A stretch of 33,965 nucleotides of DNA from a virus. Lineage: Duplodnaviria > Caudoviricetes. The notes below the pieces were generated by a model that did not search any database, was not told the DNA's origin, and saw nothing but the letters and a program-made list of their open reading frames with translations. Made by a program: the position numbers and the translations under genes. The stretch spans positions 1 through 33,965 of IMG/VR virus record IMGVR_UViG_3300032318_001724; one strand, given 5' to 3'. Shown here in pieces: positions 8,636 to 15,171 of this stretch (positions are counted from its first letter, which is position 1; each line of letters opens with the position of its first letter).

Positions 8636-9823
8636 ATGAGCAATACTGCCCTCAGGTACGACGTTGCGCCGATTGAGAAGTATGAAGTTACCCCCGAAGG
8701 GTATCTTCGTCTTCATGCGACAATCGCTCGCACTGGCGTTCAGCATTACGTTAATGCTGATGGTTCAACTCGGCGTGAATATCGTGCCCCTGAGGACGTA
8801 GCCGCTCCTGAAAGTCTTGCTTCCTTTGCGGGCAAGAGTGTCACTGACGAGCATCCGCCAGAACTTCTGAATACTGCCAACACCAAATACTATCAAAAGG
8901 GCTTCACTGGCACTGAGATTGTATATGACAATGGCTTTGTTCGGGCAGTAATGACAGTAACCGACGAGGATCTTATCAAAAAGATTCAGCGTGGTGATGC
9001 TACAGAAGTCAGTGCCGGTTATCGCGTTGCTTATGATGCCAACCCTGGCACTACTCCTGATGGCGAGCCTTACGATGGCCGCCAAATGGAAATCATGGGC
9101 AATCATGTTGCCGTTGTAAAGACTGGGCGGGCAGGCCCGCAAGTGAAATTGCATCTTGACCGTCAGGATGCCGCCGATCCAATTCTCCTGTTATCTGAGG
9201 AACCATCTATGACTACCGCCAAGGTGGTCTTTGACGGTGCTGATTTTGAAGTGAGCGAGGGTGTTGCCCTTGCCATTGGCAAAGAACGCACCGATGCAAA
9301 GACCTCGTATGAGGCAATGAAAAAGCAGTACGACGAAATGTGTGGCAAGGCATCAAAACTGAAGGAAGAAATGGATGCCATGGAAAAGGAAATGAAGGGC
9401 AAAATGGACTCTGCCGAGGGTCGCGCTGATGCTCTCGCTTCCGAAAACGAAAGCCTCAAGGCTGATCTTGAGGCTGCCAAGGCTGTGAATGTGGACAGCC
9501 TTGTGGAAGAGCGCTTGGCCCTCATTGAAAAGGCCAAGCCTGTTCTGGACAGCGCCTATGTCTTTGCTGGCAAGACGGCGCGTGAAATCATGGTCGATGC
9601 CGTAAATGCCATTCGTGGTGATTCCATGAAGCTGGCTGAACGGTCTGACGACTATGTGATGGCTGCATTTGACACCATCGCCACTGAAGATCGCAAGGAT
9701 TCTTCCACTGCTCCCCTGCGTGAAGCTGTGGCTTCCATGTCTGTTTCGGCACCGCCCCAAACCTATTGGGACAGCGTGACGAAAGCCTACCAGCGCCCCC
9801 TCACCGCAACCAAAGGAGCCTGA
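8636..9823 (+). CDS. DUF2213-family prohead protease / scaffold protein
   Basis: TPEGYL....IARTGVQ.Y, SFAGK.VTDEHP, EVSAGY and GNHVAVV..GRAG, followed by a coiled-coil C-terminal half. Lies directly upstream of the decoration and capsid genes. Confidence 0.9.
   Translation: MSNTALRYDVAPIEKYEVTPEGYLRLHATIARTGVQHYVNADGSTRREYRAPEDVAAPESLASFAGKSVTDEHPPELLNTANTKYYQKGFTGTEIVYDNGFVRAVMTVTDEDLIKKIQRGDATEVSAGYRVAYDANPGTTPDGEPYDGRQMEIMGNHVAVVKTGRAGPQVKLHLDRQDAADPILLLSEEPSMTTAKVVFDGADFEVSEGVALAIGKERTDAKTSYEAMKKQYDEMCGKASKLKEEMDAMEKEMKGKMDSAEGRADALASENESLKADLEAAKAVNVDSLVEERLALIEKAKPVLDSAYVFAGKTAREIMVDAVNAIRGDSMKLAERSDDYVMAAFDTIATEDRKDSSTAPLREAVASMSVSAPPQTYWDSVTKAYQRPLTATKGA
9209..9823 (+). CDS. Putative nested in-frame scaffold protein (204 aa)
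   Basis: In-frame ATG 9209 is preceded by CTGAGGAACCAT, nearly the same as CTGAGGAAACCATG before the capsid gene. It sits at the protease/coiled-coil boundary. Confidence 0.5.
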   Translation: MTTAKVVFDGADFEVSEGVALAIGKERTDAKTSYEAMKKQYDEMCGKASKLKEEMDAMEKEMKGKMDSAEGRADALASENESLKADLEAAKAVNVDSLVEERLALIEKAKPVLDSAYVFAGKTAREIMVDAVNAIRGDSMKLAERSDDYVMAAFDTIATEDRKDSSTAPLREAVASMSVSAPPQTYWDSVTKAYQRPLTATKGA

Positions 9824-9825
9824 CA

Positions 9826-10386
9826 ATGGCCGTTACTTTCACTGCGTCTGGTACTCCCATTGCTGGGGGTGTGCAGACCACCTATGACTTTGTGCATGAC
9901 GCCTTCCTTGAAGGCCAACTTTCCGACATTCGCCCCAAGACCATTGACTCCTATGTCAATGAAACTTCCGGCGTTGTGGCTTTCGGCAACATGCTTATCT
10001 GGAACAGTGGTAGCACTGTTGCAGACTCTGCCCGCACCATTTCTGGAACCACTGGCACTGTAGTTGGCGTGAACGTTCTTACCTACGTTGACGAAACCGC
10101 CCGTGATGCCAATAACCGTCCTGGCGCGAAAGATCGCCAACTGATGAACGTTGTTCGTCGTGGTGCTGTTGTGGTTTACGTCCATGGTGCTGTCGATCCT
10201 TCGACTCCCGTGCGCGTCATCCACACTGCTTCTGGTGTGCAGCATCCCGGTCAATTCTCGGCTAGTGCCGTCAGTGGCCGTACCGCCCTTGTGTCCAATG
10301 CTGCCTACCTGTCCAAGACCACTGGTAGTGGACTGGCGGTTCTGGACCTGAATGGCCCCAACTTCACCCTTACCGCTAACGCCTGA
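9826..10386 (+). CDS. Head decoration / cement protein
   Basis: Start reassigned to ATG 9826 behind AAGGAG. 186 aa, beta-rich, located between scaffold and capsid, with a G.V.V.V.G.V motif typical of this slot. Confidence 0.75.
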   Translation: MAVTFTASGTPIAGGVQTTYDFVHDAFLEGQLSDIRPKTIDSYVNETSGVVAFGNMLIWNSGSTVADSARTISGTTGTVVGVNVLTYVDETARDANNRPGAKDRQLMNVVRRGAVVVYVHGAVDPSTPVRVIHTASGVQHPGQFSASAVSGRTALVSNAAYLSKTTGSGLAVLDLNGPNFTLTANA

Positions 10387-10393
10387 GGAAACC

Positions 10394-11308
10394 ATGACTG
10401 ATTTTCGCATGGATGATGCAGGGCTGTTCCTCCAACGGCAACTGGAGTATATCCGCCCGCAAGTCTTTGAAACGGCCTATGCCGACATTAAGTATCCGAC
10501 GATCCTGCCTGTGACCAGTGAGGCTGGCCCCGGTGCTCAGCAATTCACCTATCGGGTGATGGACAGCACTGGCTCGTTCGCCTTCATTGCTGATAACGCC
10601 GACGACCTGCCCCGTTCGGACGTTAGCCAAGCTGAGAAGTCCATCTACTTCCGTTCCATTGGTGGTAGCTTTGGCTACACCGTCCAGGAACTGCGTGCCG
10701 CGCAAATGGCGAACATTGCCCTTGAGGCTCGCCGTGGCTCTGCCGTGCGTCGCGCTTATGAAGAGAAAGTGGAAGATATTGCCATGTTTGGCGACACTTC
10801 CACCAACCTGACTGGATTCTTCAACAATCCCACGGTTGACGTGGTGACTGCCGACAAGTGGTTTGACACTGCCAGTGTTACTACCACTGAAATGCTGGAA
10901 CTGCTTAACTATGGCTCTACCGCCATTGTTAATGCTTCCCAGATGAAGGAACAGCCCGATACGCTGCTCCTGCCTTGGGTGGACTACCAAAAGGTTACTT
11001 CCACTCGGAACAGTGATTCCAGCGACGTGACGGTTCTGGAATACTTCCTGCGGACCAATCCTTACATCCGCAACGTTGAGCCCATCCTGCAACTGGACAA
11101 CAGCAAGGCGTCTAGCCGCCTTTCGACTCGCCGGATGGTGTTCTACAAGCGCGACCCGGAAAAGCTTCAGCTTCATATTCCGCAACCGCTTGAACTGTTC
11201 CCGCCCCAACAGCGCAATCTTCAGTTCATTGTTCCCGCCCATGCTCGCGTGGGTGGTGTTGCAATTTACTATCCGAAGAGCGTTGTCTACGTTCAGAAGA
11301 GCGCCTGA
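10394..11308 (+). CDS. Major capsid protein (DUF2184-type, HK97 fold)
   Basis: ATG 10394 behind GAGGAA. FL.RQLEYI...VFE..Y, Y...ELRAAQ, GFFNNP, PDTLLLP and GGV.IYYP match DUF2184 capsids. Confidence 0.9.
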   Translation: MTDFRMDDAGLFLQRQLEYIRPQVFETAYADIKYPTILPVTSEAGPGAQQFTYRVMDSTGSFAFIADNADDLPRSDVSQAEKSIYFRSIGGSFGYTVQELRAAQMANIALEARRGSAVRRAYEEKVEDIAMFGDTSTNLTGFFNNPTVDVVTADKWFDTASVTTTEMLELLNYGSTAIVNASQMKEQPDTLLLPWVDYQKVTSTRNSDSSDVTVLEYFLRTNPYIRNVEPILQLDNSKASSRLSTRRMVFYKRDPEKLQLHIPQPLELFPPQQRNLQFIVPAHARVGGVAIYYPKSVVYVQKSA

Positions 11309-11356
11309 TTTTAGTGAGGGGCGTTAAGCTAAGTATTGTCTGTTTCTTTTAGACAC

Positions 11357-11743
11357 ATGCTGATCGCTTATCGCCCCGAACTTGAAAATCCGCCGCGTGA
11401 GGGGGGATTTGGTGTGATTGTTGAGCAGGGACTGGTGCAACTGGTGCCTGGTCTTAACAAGGATGTGCCAGAGCAAGCATGGCAAAAGGCCCGTCAAAAT
11501 GCAACAGTGAAGAAGCTGATGCAGATTGGCGCCATTGAAGAAATGATGGAGCAGGAAGTCGTGCCTGAGGCTGTCACCGACTTGAACATTCTCACCAATC
11601 TTCCCCTTCAGGAAGCACTCCGCGCCATTGAAATGATCCACGATGCAGAACTACTGTTGGACTGGAAGAATCGTGAAGGTCGTATTCGGGTGAGGAATGC
11701 AATCGTGAAGCGGCGTGAGGCCATTCGCACTGGAAATGCCTGA
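11357..11743 (+). CDS. Hypothetical protein downstream of the capsid gene
   Basis: ATG 11357 is preferred over the upstream TTG. Coupled to the next gene (TGATG). Confidence 0.7.
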   Translation: MLIAYRPELENPPREGGFGVIVEQGLVQLVPGLNKDVPEQAWQKARQNATVKKLMQIGAIEEMMEQEVVPEAVTDLNILTNLPLQEALRAIEMIHDAELLLDWKNREGRIRVRNAIVKRREAIRTGNA

Positions 11744-12048
11744 TGGTCACTTACTCGGGCTTTCTGGAGCGATTCCCTGAGTTTATCCCCCATCCATCGG
11801 GGATTGTGCTCGGGGCTATTGAGGAAGCCTCTGCGGATGCGAGCGAAGCAGTGTTTGGCGATCAAACTGATCGCGCCATCAAGCACTTAGCCGCCCACAT
11901 CATTGCCTTACAACTTGTCCAAATGGGCGCTCAAATCGGCGCCACTGATGGAAAGGTCTATGGCAAAGGGCTGGAGGCCACGCAATACGGTCAAGAGTAT
12001 TTGCGAATGCTTAACTCTTGTTCTTCCACCATTGGTTTTGTAATGTGA
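11743..12048 (+). CDS. Head-tail adaptor (DUF4054-like)
   Basis: F.ERFPEF, LAAH..AL and T.YGQEYL motifs; position after the capsid gene. Confidence 0.8.
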   Translation: MVTYSGFLERFPEFIPHPSGIVLGAIEEASADASEAVFGDQTDRAIKHLAAHIIALQLVQMGAQIGATDGKVYGKGLEATQYGQEYLRMLNSCSSTIGFVM

Positions 12049-12440
12049 GCCAAATCAACGGACTATCACCATTAGCCAATGCCATTTTAGTTTGGGACGT
12101 GGCTAGTGGTTATGCCGTTGATCCTTTCACGCAAAACTACCGACCCATTGCCAGTGGCGTGACATACTATGCCACGTTAAAGCAGAAAAACAATCCACGG
12201 TACGATTATCTCCTCGGAGCTGATCAAAGTGCCGTGTATATGGAAGGTCGGTTAACAGGACCACTAGCGTTGTCTGGAGTGTCGCCTGGCGCTTCCGCCA
12301 AAGCAACAATCAATGGTAGGGAGGGAAGATTTGAGCTACTGCCTAATGAACACCTTGCAGAACACTATTGGCAGTTTCTTGGCCAACCAATTAGAGGCGT
12401 GTTTAGACTAATTGGTAAAGGAAGCGTCTTGAACGCTTAA
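12045..12440 (+). CDS. Probable head-closure / neck protein
   Basis: GTG 12045 (GTGA overlap). 131 aa, beta-rich, between adaptor and tail tube. Function assigned by synteny only. Confidence 0.55.
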   Translation: MSQINGLSPLANAILVWDVASGYAVDPFTQNYRPIASGVTYYATLKQKNNPRYDYLLGADQSAVYMEGRLTGPLALSGVSPGASAKATINGREGRFELLPNEHLAEHYWQFLGQPIRGVFRLIGKGSVLNA

Positions 12441-12473
12441 CCATCTTCTTTCTTCCCTTTCCTTTGAGGCAAA

Positions 12474-13052
12474 ATGCTCTACCATCCGACTGAACTGGTT
12501 AAGAGCCAAGACGTTATTGTGCGTGTTGGCTCGATTGCGGGAACTGCCCGTCCGGTTATCACTCAATCTGGCGCCACTTTCACCGTGAGTGGTGCTCCCA
12601 CCCTTTATACGCTGCAGGCCGCTACCACTGCAAGTATTGCTTTCAATGATGGCAATACTGAGTTCTACCTGCTTGGTGGTGGTGGTTTCTCCGATAGCGT
12701 TGTGGTTACTGCCGCCGCTACGACTGCCGTTACGTCCTACTTCCAAAAGGATGTTGATGGTACGACCTTCCTGCCCAATAGCTTTGATGAAGCCTTCCAA
12801 GTGATTGCTCAGGGCCGCTACGACAAGAACCATGAAGTTTATGTGGAAGTCAACAAGGAGCTTGGAAGCTCTGGCACCACTTTCTTCTACGATCGCGTGG
12901 CTTATGTGGCTCGCGTGATGAACTACAACGAAAGCTATCCTGCGGACAACCTTGTGGAAGTCACCTTTGACCTGATGAGCCGTGGTCGCATTGGTATTCA
13001 CCAAGCCGCCACTAGCTCGGGCAGCATCATTCCGATTGCGCCTAACTCCTGA
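12474..13052 (+). CDS. Major tail (tube) protein
   Basis: 192 aa, T/S/G-rich, with a C-terminal A.V.NY.E..PADNLVEVTFDL.SRG motif. Followed by a terminator and upstream of the chaperones and tape measure. Confidence 0.75.
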   Translation: MLYHPTELVKSQDVIVRVGSIAGTARPVITQSGATFTVSGAPTLYTLQAATTASIAFNDGNTEFYLLGGGGFSDSVVVTAAATTAVTSYFQKDVDGTTFLPNSFDEAFQVIAQGRYDKNHEVYVEVNKELGSSGTTFFYDRVAYVARVMNYNESYPADNLVEVTFDLMSRGRIGIHQAATSSGSIIPIAPNS

Positions 13053-13076
13053 TTGCTTTTCCATTGTTCCTTTGTT

Positions 13077-13106
13077 AGCCTCCCTCTATTGGGAGGCTTT
13101 TCTTTT
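13077..13106 (+). terminator. Rho-independent terminator after the tail tube gene
   Basis: Stem AGCCTCCC (13077-13084), loop TCTATT, stem GGGAGGCT (13091-13098), then TTTCTTTT. Confidence 0.8.
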
Positions 13107-13512
13107 GGATAAGATTCAACTCCGTGATACCATTGTTTCGGCTTTGGAATGTCCGCCAAGCCTAATTGGCAATTACATTTTGCCCAATGGTCAAGCGATT
13201 CCGGCGGTGTATATCACTGGTACTCAAGGCGTGCCTAGCGATTGGAGAGTACAGGGCCTAGAAGTGACAATGGAAGAGTTCCCTCGGCGTTCACCCCAGG
13301 CTGGAGTTGGAACTGTGATTAGCCGCAAGGCTTGGGTGGTGATGCTGGTCAATTATGCTGGCGGAAGCACGGCCCTTGATGATGCAGTGGAAAGGCTTGA
13401 GCGTAGGTTTCCTGATGCCACCTTTTCGCCATCGCCTGAAACTGACGTGGCCTATGGCCAATATCGCATTACGATTCCCGACACTGAGATTAAGCCTCTG
13501 TTGCCGCGATGA
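13105..13512 (+). CDS. Hypothetical tail protein, possible tail terminator/completion protein
   Basis: Likely start is TTG 13105 behind GGAGG; the track start at 12982 overlaps the tube gene and terminator. About 135 aa. Function by synteny only. Confidence 0.55.
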   Translation: MDKIQLRDTIVSALECPPSLIGNYILPNGQAIPAVYITGTQGVPSDWRVQGLEVTMEEFPRRSPQAGVGTVISRKAWVVMLVNYAGGSTALDDAVERLERRFPDATFSPSPETDVAYGQYRITIPDTEIKPLLPR

Positions 13513-13730
13513 AGGTTGTCAAAAGTGAATGTGAAAAGGCTTGGCTCTTTAATGCGAAGCTAGAGGACGGCTTGATTTTTGCTGGTTTGGCTTGTTTTGT
13601 GTCCAACTGTCCAGCAAGCGTTGTAATCCATTGGAAAGGCGAAAAGCTAATCATTGGCCTTCCCCATCGTGCCATTGGTAATCCCATGCCTTGCCGGCAA
13701 GTTAACGCTAGACTTACGCTGCTTGTTTAA
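13509..13730 (+). CDS. Small hypothetical protein
   Basis: 73 aa, ATGA overlap with the previous gene, ends 6 nt before the chaperone start. Confidence 0.55.
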   Translation: MKVVKSECEKAWLFNAKLEDGLIFAGLACFVSNCPASVVIHWKGEKLIIGLPHRAIGNPMPCRQVNARLTLLV

Positions 13731-13736
13731 TTTTCA

Positions 13737-14261
13737 ATGAGTCAATACAGCGACTTTTTCCTGGTCGGCAATGCCAAGTATGAGGCCATTGCTGAAAGGC
13801 TTCGTCTGCGGAGTTTTGGAAGTTGGCTCACGGAGGAAGTATGGCTGCGGGAACTGCAAAGCAAAAAGCGGGCTGAGTTTAGCCTGCGTGCCATTCGGCT
13901 TGCACGACGCATTGCGGCAGAAAAAGGCATTAGTGAAGATGAAGCCTTTGATCTGCTCCAGTCGGATGCGCCTGAAAGGCAAGAGCAACTTGGCGACCAT
14001 GCTGAGGACGCTGCAGCCCTATTCCTGCTCCTACCATCGGCCCAGGATCAATTTGAAGAGCTTGTGACGAGGTTCTTCCAGAATCGCGGGGAAGTGCTGA
14101 AAGGCGCTGAGTGGGTGGCTACGACCGACTGGAGCAAGGCTGACACTGGTAAGCTCACCAAGCCCATGCTTGATGCTGTGGAGGCCTTCATGGCGAAGGA
14201 GGAAGGCCCTGCGAGCACGGGAGACGACGATGAGGATGAATCCCCAAAGGCACAAGGCTAG
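13737..14261 (+). CDS. Tail assembly chaperone (lambda gpG analogue)
   Basis: Helical, acidic protein between tube and tape measure. Ends ...DDDEDESPKAQG* with an in-register slippery heptamer. Confidence 0.78.
   Translation: MSQYSDFFLVGNAKYEAIAERLRLRSFGSWLTEEVWLRELQSKKRAEFSLRAIRLARRIAAEKGISEDEAFDLLQSDAPERQEQLGDHAEDAAALFLLLPSAQDQFEELVTRFFQNRGEVLKGAEWVATTDWSKADTGKLTKPMLDAVEAFMAKEEGPASTGDDDEDESPKAQG
14243..14249 (+). other. -1 programmed frameshift site (C CCA AAG) of the tail chaperone
   Basis: TCC CCA AAG. The -1 frame reads PKGTRLERLEKQSESTLAQSTDWAALYCRIMAL... and is open to 14662, giving a fusion of about 308 aa. Confidence 0.8.
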
Positions 14262-14662
14262 AGCGGCTAGAAAAGCAAAGTGAAAGCACTTTAGCCCAGT
14301 CTACGGATTGGGCTGCTTTGTATTGCCGCATCATGGCCCTTTCCATTGCCGATCCCATTTTTCATGCGGAACGCTTTGGGAAGGTGCCAATGGCACTATT
14401 GCGGACAATGTTGGAGCAAGCCAGCAATGAGCAGCAACAACTTATCAATGCGCAAAGCATTAGCACTGCCAAGTTGGCCGTGACAGTGGTGGGAGCATTG
14501 GGCGGAAAAACTGCCAAAGCTTCCGTTGATGACTTCCTGCCATTTGAACGGCCTAAGACCACTGGCATTAGTAGTGAAACCAAAGAAGCAATGCAGTGGG
14601 CATTGAAGAATCTCCGTTTGCCTCCTGTTATCGTTGGTTTAATTGGCGCAGAATTACGATAA
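14243..14662 (+). CDS. Tail assembly chaperone frameshift extension (lambda gpT analogue)
   Basis: Track ORF 14318..14662 has a TTG start with no evident RBS. Its frame extends back to the slippery site. Confidence 0.75.
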   Translation, partial: PKGTRLERLEKQSESTLAQSTDWAALYCRIMALSIADPIFHAERFGKVPMALLRTMLEQASNEQQQLINAQSISTAKLAVTVVGALGGKTAKASVDDFLPFERPKTTGISSETKEAMQWALKNLRLPPVIVGLIGAELR

Positions 14663-15171
14663 TGGCAAAGAAGCCTAACTATGATTCAATGCGAATGATT
14701 GCCCAGACCATTTCTCTACCAAGGGAAGTATTCAGGGAATTGATGAACAGAGTGAGCGTTGAGTTTCAGGGTTCCTTTGAAGATGAGTTTGACTATAACC
14801 GGCCCGAAGGTGTAACTGTGATAAGGCGCAATGGTCAGCCAATCATCGTTAGAGGCATGACTGGTACGCTACGAGAGAATGGTGACTATCTTTCGGAAGA
14901 CGGTAACTTACCATATTCGCCACGAGACATTGTTGACACTGAAGCACTGAAGAATAGCCAGGAGCGTATTGATGCGCCAAATGCAACGTTGTTTCGATGG
15001 ACAGGCGATGGCGAAAGAGATTATGCTTTGTTTGTGCATGATGGCTACACGCCTAAACTATTAGGCAAGCGGGGGCGCTTTGTGCCTGGTAGACCATGGA
15101 CTGTGCCAGTGTTGCTTAGAATGAGTGCAATAATTGCTGGTCTTAGACAGCAACGGATTAAGGGGGATTGA
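14662..15171 (+). CDS. Putative tail completion / neck protein (HK97 gp10-like)
   Basis: Start reassigned to ATG 14662 (TAATG coupling). Motifs PRDIVDT.AL.NS, YA.FVHDG and PGRPW. Confidence 0.6.
   Translation: MAKKPNYDSMRMIAQTISLPREVFRELMNRVSVEFQGSFEDEFDYNRPEGVTVIRRNGQPIIVRGMTGTLRENGDYLSEDGNLPYSPRDIVDTEALKNSQERIDAPNATLFRWTGDGERDYALFVHDGYTPKLLGKRGRFVPGRPWTVPVLLRMSAIIAGLRQQRIKGD

Noticed and set aside
9808-9828. Possible frameshift joining scaffold to decoration protein at ACCAAAGGAG
   Set aside because: Not an X-XXY-YYZ heptamer in register; it is explained as the AAGGAG RBS of ATG 9826.
10376-11242. Long antisense ORFs (also 3875..4483, 9787..10410, 12408..13064, 27567..28238)
   Set aside because: They shadow well-supported + strand genes, have no recognisable motifs, and are expected from codon bias.
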